From contig JANWWF010000001.1 of NCBI GenBank assembly GCA_025055755.1, forward strand, positions 151,581 to 215,580: a DNA stretch of 64,000 nucleotides, read 5' to 3'. Position 1 is the stretch's first letter; each line of letters starts with the position of its first letter. Positions 1-10,089 of the stretch are shown in pieces. The stretch comes from Candidatus Kapaibacterium sp. (lineage in GTDB: Bacteria; Bacteroidota; Ignavibacteria; Kapaibacteriales; NICIL-2). Under the pieces are notes generated by a model. The model saw nothing but the letters and a program-made list of their open reading frames with translations. It searched no databases and was not told the DNA's origin. Both the position numbers and the translations under genes were made by a program.

Positions 1-1702
1 TGATTTCCTTCACTACTGGACGCTTTTGAACCGCATAAACGCCGACAATCGCTGTTTGTGGTTGGTTAATAACCGGTGTTCCAAACAAGCTCCCCCAAGG
101 ACCCATGTTGGTCAGTGAAATTGTGCCGCCTTGGATTTCGTCAGGATTGAGCTTTTTATTCCGTGCACGTGTTGCTAAGTCAGTGATTGCATGCGCAAGT
201 CCAGTGATGTTCAAATGCTGTGCTTTCTTGATAACTGGCACTATCAAGTTACCATCGGGCAGTAGTGTCGCAAAGCTTAGGTTGATGTTCTTATGAACTA
301 CGATGTTGGTCCCATCGACGCTCACATTTACCATGGGGTATTGTTTGACCCCTTCGATAATTGCCTTTGCAAAGAATGGCGTCAATGTAAGCTTGATACC
401 CTCTCGCCGCTGGAACTCTTCGCGATAGAGTTGATGGGCACGGATGATCCCCGTAACATCTGCCTCTGCGACACTTGTTACATGGGGTGAAGTGTGCTTT
501 GACCGCACCATATGCTCTGCTATAAGCTGGCGGACACGGTCCATTGGAATGATCTCGACATCTGGTCCCCAGCTTGGCTTTGGCACGTGAGGTGGTGGTG
601 GGCTTGGTGGCGTGATGACTGTAGGTGCAGACACGGGCGCTGCGGGTGTTGGCGTAGGAACTACTGGGGTCGGCGTTGGTGTCACCGTTGGGGTAACCAC
701 GGGCTCCGCTGAGGGCGCAATTGCTGGCTGTGGAGTAAACGCCGGCTGAGACTTTCGCTGCTCAATGTAGCGAAGGAGATCATGTTTCGTTACTCGACCT
801 CCAAGACCTGTCCCTTGGATTGTTTCGAGTTCCTCCAGTGAGACTCCTTCCGCCTCTGCAATTGTACGAACAAGAGGCGAGTAGAACCGTTGTCCATGAA
901 CACGGGGTATTTTCATCGTGCGAGTCGAGGTCATCGGGGGTGGAGCTGTTGCTCCTTGCACTCCATTTGTCGTTTGTGTACGTGCTGGCTGACTTACCGC
1001 TTGTTGAGAAGCGGATCTTGACTCAGAGGCTTGTTGCACAGGCGTCGTAGCAGGTGGAGATACTGTGGCACCGCTCCCAACCGCTATACGCGCAATAACC
1101 CTTCCTACCTCTACAACATCGCCCTCATTTGCCAAACGCTCAACAAGTATTCCCGAAGCCGGTGAGGGAACCTCGGTATCCACTTTGTCGGTAGAAATCT
1201 CTAGCAAAACTTCGTCCCGTTCAACGCGTTCACCTACGTTCTTGACCCAACGGAGGATTTTTCCTTCCTGAACCGACTCTCCCATTTTTGGCATGACCAC
1301 CTCAACCAATTGTCCGCCATTTGATGCTGCAGGTGCAGGCTGCACCGTAGCTGTTGATGTGGTTGGCTGTACCACCGAAGGCGAGCTCTGCACTCCAGCA
1401 CTTTGGGGAGCATGGGCTGGTTCTTGCGGTGCAGCACTTGGCTGTGGCGCAGATGCAGCTGTTGCCTCTGTTTCGATTCGAGCAATTACTTTCCCCACCT
1501 CAACGGTATCCCCTTCATTTGCCAGTAATTCCGTGATGACGCCACTTGCGGGGGCGGGAACTTCAGTGTCAACCTTATCGGTGGAAATCTCGAGCAATAC
1601 CTCATCTCGCTCAATGCGATCACCAACTTTCTTGACCCAACGGAGAATTTTGCCTTCCTGCACCGACTCGCCCATCTTGGGCATAACAACATCAACTTTC
1701 AT
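1..1702 (-). CDS. sucB: 2-oxoacid dehydrogenase E2 (dihydrolipoamide acyltransferase, SucB/DlaT-like) with two lipoyl domains; 3' end runs off the window
   Basis: Not in the ORF track because its stop lies outside the window. ATG at 1702 gives MKVDVVMPKMGESVQEGKILRW...EISTDKVDTEVP. A second lipoyl domain with the same DKV motif, an E3-binding domain (SPLVRTIAEAEGV...GTGLGGRVTKHD) and a catalytic region (GGTISLTNMG...TPVINQPQ) follow. Substrate specificity is uncertain. Confidence 0.85.
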   Translation of the reverse strand, partial: MKVDVVMPKMGESVQEGKILRWVKKVGDRIERDEVLLEISTDKVDTEVPAPASGVITELLANEGDTVEVGKVIARIETEATAASAPQPSAAPQEPAHAPQSAGVQSSPSVVQPTTSTATVQPAPAASNGGQLVEVVMPKMGESVQEGKILRWVKNVGERVERDEVLLEISTDKVDTEVPSPASGILVERLANEGDVVEVGRVIARIAVGSGATVSPPATTPVQQASESRSASQQAVSQPARTQTTNGVQGATAPPPMTSTRTMKIPRVHGQRFYSPLVRTIAEAEGVSLEELETIQGTGLGGRVTKHDLLRYIEQRKSQPAFTPQPAIAPSAEPVVTPTVTPTPTPVVPTPTPAAPVSAPTVITPPSPPPPHVPKPSWGPDVEIIPMDRVRQLIAEHMVRSKHTSPHVTSVAEADVTGIIRAHQLYREEFQRREGIKLTLTPFFAKAIIEGVKQYPMVNVSVDGTNIVVHKNINLSFATLLPDGNLIVPVIKKAQHLNITGLAHAITDLATRARNKKLNPDEIQGGTISLTNMGPWGSLFGTPVINQPQTAIVGVYAVQKRPVVKEI

Positions 1703-1747
1703 GTCTCGGCTCTACTAATCGTGGACGAACAATAGCGAAATTACCAA

Positions 1748-2833
1748 TCACCAGCGGTAGCGGCTAACATAATTCTCTCGGGTGATAACAAGGCGATTGT
1801 GCGATATCCATTGTTCCAAGCGCCGCAATTGGCGACGATTTTGCTTAGCATATTGCTCAAACTGCATTGGTTTCCCATGCTGGGCAAGCACAAAGACATA
1901 CGGCTCAAGCAAGCCTGCTTTCCATAATTGTTGCTGACGTTCGATCAAAATGTTGGGATAAATCTTCGCATAACCCTGGCTTTCCCACTGCATTAAGAAT
2001 TCCCGGAACAGGGTGTCAATCGAAGCAAGAGGTAATTCGAAATCTCGGAAAAAGCGTAACGATCGTGCCGCAGTAGTGAGCACTTCAGCATAAACTTCCG
2101 GGAATGGACGCTTAGTATCCTCTGCATTACCTCTAATCTCGCGCGACAGGACAATGCGCCCTTGTTGGTCAAATTCTTCGATCACTTCGCGTAGGAGGTT
2201 ATACCAGAGTGTACTCATCTCATCTGCTTTAGGGCTGTTGGGACGTAAGTTGAGAAATATCTCCGCGTAAAACAATGCCCATATCCGTTCGGTAGAGGCA
2301 CGGTAAAATCGTGCTCCCCAGTAGTAGCTCAATGGATAGGTCGGGTCACCACTTATGGCACTCTCGATTGATTCTAACGCCTCCTCTAAGTCTCCTCGTA
2401 TCGCTTGGCGAATTGCAAGCTCGACATGGAGCCGTGCAGAGGTAGGAAAGCGTTTTAATCCAAGCTGATAGACTGAGTCGGCACGAGTGGTATCGTCTTG
2501 CTGGGCATAGAGATTTCCGAGCAGGTGATAATAGTGGTCACGCTGTTGGTCCTTTGGAAGAGATGTGTCGCACAAAGGCAAGCATGTTATCAGGGCTTCC
2601 TGGAACTTCTGCTGCAGGGAAAGAGCTAACGCGAGTTCATAGCGAGCTTCATGGTAGGATGGATGTTTGCTCACAACCTGTCGCAGAATCTTTTCTGCCT
2701 CTGCGTACTTCCCCCTGTTGAGTAAGACAATGGCTCGCTGAACCTGCCGTTGGGCAATAGGTGTTTGCCCCCTGACAGGTGTCCACCAAGATACACAGGC
2801 AATAAAGAACACAATAATCACAGAGTGTCTCAT
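1748..2833 (-). CDS. Exported tetratricopeptide-repeat protein
   Basis: Signal peptide and TPR-like helical repeats ([44 protein letters not shown]). ATGA overlap with the fumC stop. Confidence 0.75.
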   Translation of the reverse strand: MRHSVIIVFFIACVSWWTPVRGQTPIAQRQVQRAIVLLNRGKYAEAEKILRQVVSKHPSYHEARYELALALSLQQKFQEALITCLPLCDTSLPKDQQRDHYYHLLGNLYAQQDDTTRADSVYQLGLKRFPTSARLHVELAIRQAIRGDLEEALESIESAISGDPTYPLSYYWGARFYRASTERIWALFYAEIFLNLRPNSPKADEMSTLWYNLLREVIEEFDQQGRIVLSREIRGNAEDTKRPFPEVYAEVLTTAARSLRFFRDFELPLASIDTLFREFLMQWESQGYAKIYPNILIERQQQLWKAGLLEPYVFVLAQHGKPMQFEQYAKQNRRQLRRLEQWISHNRLVITRENYVSRYRW

Positions 2834-4233
2834 CCGGCAGAAAGGTTAGGTCCAAGCATTGTTTCGGGCCGAACAATACGGTCAAATGATTCCCCATCGA
2901 GCAAGCCAAGTTCTATTGCAGCTTGGCGAAGAGACAAGCCATGTGCATACGCATGCTTGGCAATCTTAGCAGCATTGTCGTATCCAATGTAGGGATTGAG
3001 CGCCGTTACAAGCATAAGTGAATGGTGGACGTAGTAGTCTAATCTTTCCCGATTCGGCTCAATACCACGCGCACAATGCAAATCGAACATACGACATGCA
3101 TCACCCAGTAAGCGTATGCTCTGGAGCACGTTGTAGATGATGAGCGGCTTAAACACGTTTAGTTCGAAATTGCCGGATGCACCCCCGATGTTGACAGCTA
3201 CGTCATTAGCAATTACCTGTGCACACACCATTGTCATAGCTTCGCTTTGCGTGGGGTTAACCTTGCCCGGCATGATAGAACTACCTGGTTCATTTTCTGG
3301 AATAAAGATCTCGCTTAACCCACAGCGTGGACCCGATGCCATCCATCGAATGTCATTGGCTATTTTCATCAATGAGCATGCTAACGTCTTGAGAGCTCCG
3401 TGGGCAAAGACTAAAGCATCATGCGCTGCAAGGGACTCAAACTTATTTTCTGCACTACGGAATGGAAGACCAGTCAGCTCTGCGATCTTCGCAGCTACTC
3501 GTATGGCAAATTCGGGGTGTGTGTTTAGACCTGTCCCTACCGCCGTGCCCCCGATTGCAAGATCGTAGATACGGTCAAGGGCGCTTTCTATTCGCTCGAT
3601 CCCTAAAGTCAATTGCTGAACGTAGCCGCTAAACTCTTGCCCTAACGTCAGAGGGACAGCATCCATCAAGTGAGTGCGACCAATTTTGATAATGTTTGCA
3701 AATGCATGGGCTTTCTCTTCCAGCGTCTGGCGTAATTGATGCACCGCAGGGAGCAAGTGATGAACCAGTTGCTCAGCCGTTGCAATGTGCATTGCTGTCG
3801 GGAACGCATCGTTAGAGCTTTGAGATTTATTGACATCATCATTGGGGTGAATGGGTTTTTTAGAACCCAATTCTCCTCCGGCAAGCTCAATAGCACGATT
3901 GGCAATAACTTCATTGACATTCATGTTTGTTTGGGTGCCAGAGCCCGTCTGCCACACTGAGAGTGGGAAGTGTGCATCGAGCTTTCCCTCAATAACCTCG
4001 TCGGCAGCTTGCACAATAAGATCACGTTTTTCTGGCGGGAGCAACCCCAATTCTGCATTCACTATAGCTGCAGCTTTCTTGAGAAGACCGAGTGCACGTA
4101 TGAGCTCTCGCGGCATTCGCTCCGTTCCAATAGCAAAATGGATAAGGGATCGTGCCGTCTGTGCCCCATAGTACACCTCCGCTGGCACTTCAATGGTGCC
4201 CATTGTGTCGGATTCGACTCGAGTACGACTCAT
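2830..4233 (-). CDS. fumC: Fumarate hydratase class II
   Basis: [11 protein letters not shown] signature, [22 protein letters not shown]. Confidence 0.97.
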   Translation of the reverse strand: MSRTRVESDTMGTIEVPAEVYYGAQTARSLIHFAIGTERMPRELIRALGLLKKAAAIVNAELGLLPPEKRDLIVQAADEVIEGKLDAHFPLSVWQTGSGTQTNMNVNEVIANRAIELAGGELGSKKPIHPNDDVNKSQSSNDAFPTAMHIATAEQLVHHLLPAVHQLRQTLEEKAHAFANIIKIGRTHLMDAVPLTLGQEFSGYVQQLTLGIERIESALDRIYDLAIGGTAVGTGLNTHPEFAIRVAAKIAELTGLPFRSAENKFESLAAHDALVFAHGALKTLACSLMKIANDIRWMASGPRCGLSEIFIPENEPGSSIMPGKVNPTQSEAMTMVCAQVIANDVAVNIGGASGNFELNVFKPLIIYNVLQSIRLLGDACRMFDLHCARGIEPNRERLDYYVHHSLMLVTALNPYIGYDNAAKIAKHAYAHGLSLRQAAIELGLLDGESFDRIVRPETMLGPNLSAG

Positions 4234-4265
4234 AGATCACGTCAGCCATGGTGTTGAACGAGCGG

Positions 4266-4273
4266 CAAAGATA
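4266..4273 (-). promoter_or_regulatory. Putative Bacteroidota-type -7 promoter box TATCTTTG upstream of fumC
   Basis: Matches TAnnTTTG about 33 nt upstream of the fumC ATG. Confidence 0.5.
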
Positions 4274-4285
4274 CTGCGCTTTCTT

Positions 4286-5017
4286 TTAGTTGAGTCCAAC
4301 GGCAAATGTCAAGAACAGTCCCCCGAAATCTGTAATTGGCTGTCCTTGGATGCTCTCTAAACCTTGTCCCCCAAATGGAATAGTGTAATAGCGCACATTG
4401 AGGGCTACACTTCCTCGCGAAGGGGGACCAATGTATGTACCTACCCCAACAAACGCACCCAATCGAATATAACCCCGAGCATATCCCCAAGATTGGAAAA
4501 ATTCGTATTGGTATGGCGTAGCCACAATGAGCGTAGGACCAACTCCACCGCTAATAAATGGTCGCATCGTCTCGCTCAACGATTCAGTAAACAGCCGATG
4601 CTGAACGCCTATCATCAGAGGAAAGATGAAAAGCCAATTAACTTTTCCTGGCACAAGGAAGCGACCAGTGACAGGATCGTAGATTGTTTCAATTTCACTC
4701 GACTTCCGAGCTCCCGAAATGCCCAAATCGGCAAACACGGATAAAACATCTGACAGAGAATGCTGAATGAATGCGCCACCCCCAAAGCCACTTTGCGAAA
4801 ACAATATCTGCAATCCCCACATGGTTGTTTTCTGCCCTACCGGTTGCGCCGAAATTAGAGGACGTGGAGATGAAAAAATGAATACGGTATCGGGCGGAAT
4901 GACCTCCCCTACTTCACCTTGATTGGGATTTCTGCCGCCAGGCACAATTGCCTGGGCATACAATAAAGGGACAATCAGTGCACTAAGCACTAATACGCGA
5001 ACTATCTTGGCTACCAT
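4286..5017 (-). CDS. Putative outer-membrane beta-barrel protein
   Basis: Signal peptide, Gly/aromatic-rich alternating strands, terminal strand GGLFLTFAVGLN. Confidence 0.6.
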   Translation of the reverse strand: MVAKIVRVLVLSALIVPLLYAQAIVPGGRNPNQGEVGEVIPPDTVFIFSSPRPLISAQPVGQKTTMWGLQILFSQSGFGGGAFIQHSLSDVLSVFADLGISGARKSSEIETIYDPVTGRFLVPGKVNWLFIFPLMIGVQHRLFTESLSETMRPFISGGVGPTLIVATPYQYEFFQSWGYARGYIRLGAFVGVGTYIGPPSRGSVALNVRYYTIPFGGQGLESIQGQPITDFGGLFLTFAVGLN

Positions 5018-5084
5018 CTATCTCAGCGTAAAAGGTGAGAGCATTGCACAATACATAAACGGAATCTCGCCTGCCTCCGTGTAT

Positions 5085-5123
5085 AAAAAAGCTGCCGATT
5101 GCCTCCACAGGCACATCGGCAGC
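5085..5123 (-). terminator. Rho-independent terminator after ftsZ
   Basis: Stem GCTGCCGAT...ATCGGCAGC (5091-5123) followed by T6 on the minus strand. Confidence 0.75.
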
Positions 5124-5154
5124 AATACGGCAGCCGTATTGTGTAGTGTCACCG

Positions 5155-6435
5155 CTAATCCATTATGCGGCGCAGGAATGCTGGTTTGTCACCTTCTGTT
5201 TTTGCCTTTTCCTGTCCTAACGGAACCTGCGAAATTGTACTTCCGCGGCGTAAATATGCAGGTTCGTTGTACTTTGCAGTTTCTGCATGACCTATTGGAG
5301 CAGCATCGGGGATATGCCGTTCGACCGAATAGGTAGAGGTTATCTCTCCATTTGCAACGAGGCGATGTTGTTCTTCTTCGCGCGGAGGCTCGGTTGTCTT
5401 TTGGAGTGTTACAAGCGGTATTGTCGTCGCTGGCGTAGTTGAAGCTGCGTGATGATTAAAACCTGTTGCAACGACGGTAACCATGATAGAATCGCCCATT
5501 TCAGGATTGAATACAACTCCGAATATCAGGTTTGCCTGCTCACCTGCTGCTTCCTCGATAGTTTGGACTGCCTCTCCTATTTCCGCCATGCTTACATCTT
5601 CCCGAGCCGTTATGTTGATAAGAACCCCTTCTGCCCCTGCGATCGAGATACCGTCGAGTAGTGGCGAATTGATTGCGTTAATTGCAGCTTCGCGTGCCCG
5701 ATATTCCCCTGTTGCTGTACCTATACCCATGATAGCATCACCTTTGTTCTTCATGATTGTGCGCACATCAGCAAAGTCCACGTTAACATATCCATTTCCG
5801 CTAATGATGTCGGCGATTCCGCGCGTGGCATTATAGAGCACATCATCAACTTTTTGAAATGCTTCAATAAAGGTGGTGCTTCGCTCGATGATGTCCATTA
5901 GGCGTTGATTCGGGATGACAATGAGGGCATCGACCTGACGACGGAGAAGCTCGATACCCTCGAGTGCAACCTGCATGCGACGCCGAGCTTCCCAGTGGAA
6001 CGGTTTAGTCACAATTCCAACGACTAATGCACCAAGTTCTCGCCCTATCTGCGCAATAATCGGTGCCGCACCAGTACCAGTTCCTCCCCCCATCCCTGCC
6101 GTAACGAAAATCATGTCGCTTCCTGCAAGTGCTTGGCGCACTTCTTCGATGCTCTCCTCGACTGCTCGCTGACCGATCGTTGGATCAGCACCCGCTCCTA
6201 AACCACGTGTCAGCTGACGTCCTAATTGAATCTTCGTTGGTGCTGGGCTGGCTGCCAAAGCTTGGGCATCTGTATTTGCCACAATAAAATCAACGCCTGC
6301 AAGCCCTCGGCGTATCATGCTGTTGACAGCATTACTGCCACCGCCTCCAACACCAATAACACGGATACATGCTCCAGCGGTCGCTGGTGTATCCAGGTGA
6401 ATCCGTACATCATAAGACTGTTGCTGTGGATTCAT
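5155..6435 (-). CDS. ftsZ: Cell division protein FtsZ
   Basis: [17 protein letters not shown] tubulin signature, NVDFADV, C-terminal PAFLRRIMD. Confidence 0.98.
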   Translation of the reverse strand: MNPQQQSYDVRIHLDTPATAGACIRVIGVGGGGSNAVNSMIRRGLAGVDFIVANTDAQALAASPAPTKIQLGRQLTRGLGAGADPTIGQRAVEESIEEVRQALAGSDMIFVTAGMGGGTGTGAAPIIAQIGRELGALVVGIVTKPFHWEARRRMQVALEGIELLRRQVDALIVIPNQRLMDIIERSTTFIEAFQKVDDVLYNATRGIADIISGNGYVNVDFADVRTIMKNKGDAIMGIGTATGEYRAREAAINAINSPLLDGISIAGAEGVLINITAREDVSMAEIGEAVQTIEEAAGEQANLIFGVVFNPEMGDSIMVTVVATGFNHHAASTTPATTIPLVTLQKTTEPPREEEQHRLVANGEITSTYSVERHIPDAAPIGHAETAKYNEPAYLRRGSTISQVPLGQEKAKTEGDKPAFLRRIMD

Positions 6436-6456
6436 AATCGCCCCCGCCAGTAGTGG

Positions 6457-7770
6457 TTACAAGTGTTCAAAAAAATGCTTAATTCGTTCCAAGACATTAC
6501 GATAGCCAAGTGTTGAACGCTGACTTCGTTCAATATGGCGATAGGTCATGCCTGTTCTATAAGCTGCATTAGTACGGAGTTCTTGTGCAAAGAGCACTAA
6601 ACCAACCGCAGTCGCATACATAGGACTTTGCACCTCTGGTACAAAGCCTCCGTGAAGACCTATGGTTGGAATACCCACCTTTACAGGCATACCAAAGATG
6701 CGTTCTGCAAGCTCTGCTGCACCCCGCAGCTGTGCACAGCCTCCGGTCAGAACTACCCCCGCTGCAAGATTTCGTGCATATCCACTTCGACGGATTTCTG
6801 CGAAGGCAAATTCAAAAATTTCTTCCATCCGAGGCTGGATGATCTGACAGAGCATGCTCTTGCTTACTTCGATCGGTTTGCGACCATTGATACCCGGAAT
6901 CATGAATACCTCATCATGCAGAATGCTCTCTTGTAATGCATGACCATAGGCTATCTTGATTTGCTCTGCCTGTGCGTGGACAATCCCCAGACCTTTTTTG
7001 ATGTCGTCGGTGACCTTATTACCTGCTATTGCAAACATTGCTGTGTGCCGTATTACACCTTCGTCGAAAATCGCAATGTCAGTAGTGCCACCTCCAATAT
7101 CTACTAAGGCAACCCCTACTTCCCGCTCCGCACTATCGAGGACCGCCATGCTGCTGGCAACAGGCTGAAGAACGATCTCAGTCACTGAAAGACCAGCACG
7201 TTCGACACAGCGATGGATATTTTCTAATGCAGTACGTGCTGCTGTTACAACGTGAATATTTGCTTCCAGTCGCACGCCCGTCATCCCCAAGGGATCAACG
7301 ATTCCATCTTGTCCATCGAGAATGTAATCCTGTGGAAAAAGGTGAAGAATCACTCGATCGGCTGGTATTGCAATCCTCCGGGCATCATCCATCAGGCGCT
7401 GCAGGTCACTTGAGCGAACCTCTCGCTCTGAACCAGCAATCGCAACTGCGCTTCGACTCTGGAACGATTGAACATGGTCGCCAGCAATACCGACGACCAC
7501 ATCAGTAATTTCTACACCTGATGTCGTCTCTGCTTGTGCAATAGCCTCCTCGATGGCAGCAACAGTTTTCTCAATATTCACAACAATACCCCGCGCAAGA
7601 CCTGTATTTTCCGCAACCCCTATTCCAAGAACTGTCAATGCGGCGTTTTTTTCATCCGGTGCCGCAACAATAGCACAAACTTTCGTAGTCCCAATATCCA
7701 GCCCAACGATAACGTTGCTGTGGCGCGGCGAGCGTGAAGCTCGTGCAATTCGCTGCTGTGGATTATTCAT
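6457..7770 (-). CDS. ftsA: Cell division protein FtsA
   Basis: GLDIGTTKV, VDIGGGTTDIA, VLTGG. Start placed at ATG 7770 (ATGA overlap with the ftsQ stop) rather than 7833. Confidence 0.96.
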   Translation of the reverse strand: MNNPQQRIARASRSPRHSNVIVGLDIGTTKVCAIVAAPDEKNAALTVLGIGVAENTGLARGIVVNIEKTVAAIEEAIAQAETTSGVEITDVVVGIAGDHVQSFQSRSAVAIAGSEREVRSSDLQRLMDDARRIAIPADRVILHLFPQDYILDGQDGIVDPLGMTGVRLEANIHVVTAARTALENIHRCVERAGLSVTEIVLQPVASSMAVLDSAEREVGVALVDIGGGTTDIAIFDEGVIRHTAMFAIAGNKVTDDIKKGLGIVHAQAEQIKIAYGHALQESILHDEVFMIPGINGRKPIEVSKSMLCQIIQPRMEEIFEFAFAEIRRSGYARNLAAGVVLTGGCAQLRGAAELAERIFGMPVKVGIPTIGLHGGFVPEVQSPMYATAVGLVLFAQELRTNAAYRTGMTYRHIERSQRSTLGYRNVLERIKHFFEHL

Positions 7771-8510
7771 ACTCCACCCCCCACAGATGTGGACTGTTGA
7801 CTGGCTAAGCTCACAATAATCCGATTCTGCCATCGAAGGTCAACCACGGCCACGTTTTGTCTATACCATGGCGATTCAATGAACCATGCAAGGCGATCTA
7901 TTTTGCTGGATAAGTTTGTGTTACTTCCCAGAAGAACAGCGGTTGATGTGGGAGAAAGAATAATCGAGAGTGTTCCATCCCTGCTGCACTGAAGCTCTGC
8001 GCACCATGTATTCAGACGGCTATCTGCGCTAAACGTCCTGAGAATCGGCAAAGCTTGTGCAAGTTGACGCAGATGATGGATCGAAATAACAGGAACATTA
8101 GCCTGCCGATAATACGGGCGATACTCGCCGATGAGACTATCGCTAAGCACCCACCTTACGCTACCGTCGGCAGCACGGACAAGCGCACACGGATGATGCT
8201 CCGTCACTGTAATCTTGAGCACCGTGCCAATCCTACGCGCCATAGCTTGGCGAATAAAGGGGAAACGTTCTACCTCTTGCTCGATTTGGCGCAGCGATGG
8301 AAGTGTTTTTTTTGAGAGAAGGAGATTCACCGCACACGTAACGGAATCTCGATACTCCTGGGCAATATGCTCCCAGCCCTCAATACTGACAGATGTCACC
8401 TCCTGTCCGCGATGCCAGAGATGAGCAGCCACCACCACTGCTATGCATAGAATAGCAGCAGTCAAGAATTCACTTACGCTGAATGAGTGTTGTTCCAGAC
8501 GTTGTTTCAT
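7767..8510 (-). CDS. ftsQ: Cell division protein FtsQ/DivIB
   Basis: Single N-terminal TM, POTRA-like segment (IEQEVERFPFIRQA...LKITVTEHHP), C-terminal VDLRWQNRIIV, directly upstream of ftsA. Start uncertain (8510-8564). Confidence 0.8.
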   Translation of the reverse strand: MKQRLEQHSFSVSEFLTAAILCIAVVVAAHLWHRGQEVTSVSIEGWEHIAQEYRDSVTCAVNLLLSKKTLPSLRQIEQEVERFPFIRQAMARRIGTVLKITVTEHHPCALVRAADGSVRWVLSDSLIGEYRPYYRQANVPVISIHHLRQLAQALPILRTFSADSRLNTWCAELQCSRDGTLSIILSPTSTAVLLGSNTNLSSKIDRLAWFIESPWYRQNVAVVDLRWQNRIIVSLASQQSTSVGGGV

Positions 8511-8645
8511 TCCATGCATACGCATCAAGTGGGCGATAATGACGCCAGTGCTAAAAACAGGCACAGCACACCAATAACTGTGCTGAGAATTGGCGCATCA
8601 GTTGATTTTGCCCACAACTGTGAAGGAACTGCTCGGATTGAGTCA

Positions 8646-8688
8646 TCTGCAATAGTGCTGCATCTATTGCAGACGCGCAGCAAAAATA
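8646..8688 (-). promoter_or_regulatory. Putative ftsQAZ promoter box (TATTTTTG, 8681-8688) followed by a perfect 10-bp inverted repeat
   Basis: TCTGCAATAG-N8-CTATTGCAGA at 8646-8673 lies just downstream of a TAnnTTTG box. Confidence 0.5.
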
Positions 8689-8707
8689 GCGTCAGAATGT
8701 GTACTTG

Positions 8708-9478
8708 TCAAGAGTTTTCTGAGGGAAGCGGAAAATTTTTTTGTAATAGGCTTTCTACTTTTCGCCAAATGTGCTGGCAGGGGAATCGGTTCTCCGCAAT
8801 AGCCCGCCCAACAATAACCGAGTCCACACCTAATGGTTGCATTTGATTACAGCGCCATAGTTCCTCTGGCGTGTCAATCCCCCCTGCTACGGTAATATTC
8901 ATGCATGTCGCTTGAGCAAAAGACTTGATAACATCGAAATCTGGACCCTGATATGTACCCTCCCATGCTATGTCGCTATAGATTATCCGTCGAATTCCAC
9001 ATGCTTTTGCCATCGCAGCAAAGGCAACATCATCAATCTGTTGTCCTGCTATATGCAGCACACGATTACGGGCGCGAATGCCTGCAACAATGCGAGACGA
9101 GGAGTACTTGGCAACTAAATGCTTGACTTGGTCAGGGACAGTAACGATCATCTCAGTAAGGACAAGTCGAAAAGCACCCTTATCAATCCAATACAGGCAT
9201 TCATCAATATCTGGAAATGCCGAAAGAAGCTCGATAGGAATGTCCACAGCATCAATGATATGCTCAATTGCTTGGCGCGTTGCGACGGTTGGCCTGCAGT
9301 CAAGAGCATCTAAATCCACGATATGAAGAGTACGAGCATTCTCTTGGCGCAGTAAGCGTGCTACTTCATGAGGATGTGCCACCAAGTAATCGTAATAGGC
9401 TTCCATGCCAGGCTCGCCAAGAATACGCCGCCGGCATTGTCCATTGCGAAGCTCAATTGCGGGAATGACCAGTATCAT
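8708..9478 (-). CDS. HisA/HisF-family TIM-barrel protein, degenerate HisA-like
   Basis: IPAIEL, LHIVDLD, IIYSDI, VAGGI, VIVGRAI and C-terminal ENRFPCQ.IW. Key HisA motifs are altered (see findings). Confidence 0.75.
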   Translation of the reverse strand: MILVIPAIELRNGQCRRRILGEPGMEAYYDYLVAHPHEVARLLRQENARTLHIVDLDALDCRPTVATRQAIEHIIDAVDIPIELLSAFPDIDECLYWIDKGAFRLVLTEMIVTVPDQVKHLVAKYSSSRIVAGIRARNRVLHIAGQQIDDVAFAAMAKACGIRRIIYSDIAWEGTYQGPDFDVIKSFAQATCMNITVAGGIDTPEELWRCNQMQPLGVDSVIVGRAIAENRFPCQHIWRKVESLLQKNFPLPSENS

Positions 9479-9483
9479 TGGCT

Positions 9484-10089
9484 TTAGCTTATCTGGTGAA
9501 GAATGCGCAGCGCATGTTTTATGAGCGTCTCAACTGACGGACTCTGCCCTTGCTGCCGCATTGTCTCGAACGCTGTCCGAAGTGCCTTCTCTGCCTGTGC
9601 ACGATTATAACCAAGAACGACCATTGCCTGAAGTGCCTCACTGAGGAGTAAGGAAAATTCTCCCACTCCCTCTCTCTCAATGCTGACTGAAGCAATTTTT
9701 TCGCGCAATTCCAATACCAACCGCTCTGCGGTCTTTTTCCCAACACCGGGGATTCGCTGCAGCACGACAAGATTATTTGCAAGAACTGCATGCTGAAGCT
9801 CAGCAACACTCATCGCAGAAAGAATGCTTAGTGCAATCCGTGTACCGACGCCGGGAATAGCGATCAGGAGAAGAAACATCTCTCGCTCACTGGGAGTAGC
9901 GAAGCCGACTAATTCAATGCCATCGTCGCGGACAATCAGATGAGTATGGACAATTGCATGCTCTCCAACGGAAGGTAACTGCCCCGAGGTCGTCAGCGAA
10001 ACACTCATTCGAAATCCGATGCCCCCACAATCTACCACAATGTGGGAAGGTGATTTTTCGATAAGCGTACCAGAAAGTCGAGCAATCAT
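9484..10089 (-). CDS. ruvA: Holliday junction branch migration protein RuvA
   Basis: MIARLSGTL, HTHLIVRDD, HhH motifs IPGVGTRIA and IPGVGKKTAERL, LGY in domain III. Confidence 0.96.
   Translation of the reverse strand: MIARLSGTLIEKSPSHIVVDCGGIGFRMSVSLTTSGQLPSVGEHAIVHTHLIVRDDGIELVGFATPSEREMFLLLIAIPGVGTRIALSILSAMSVAELQHAVLANNLVVLQRIPGVGKKTAERLVLELREKIASVSIEREGVGEFSLLLSEALQAMVVLGYNRAQAEKALRTAFETMRQQGQSPSVETLIKHALRILHQIS

Noticed and set aside
1230-1690. Direct DNA repeats about 390 bp apart as a possible repeat array or CRISPR
   Set aside because: They are the two lipoyl-domain coding copies. I saw no regularly spaced repeat-spacer array anywhere in the window.
105-1718. Several short plus- and minus-strand ORFs in the track
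   Set aside because: Shadows of the E2 gene, which the track missed because its stop lies outside the window.
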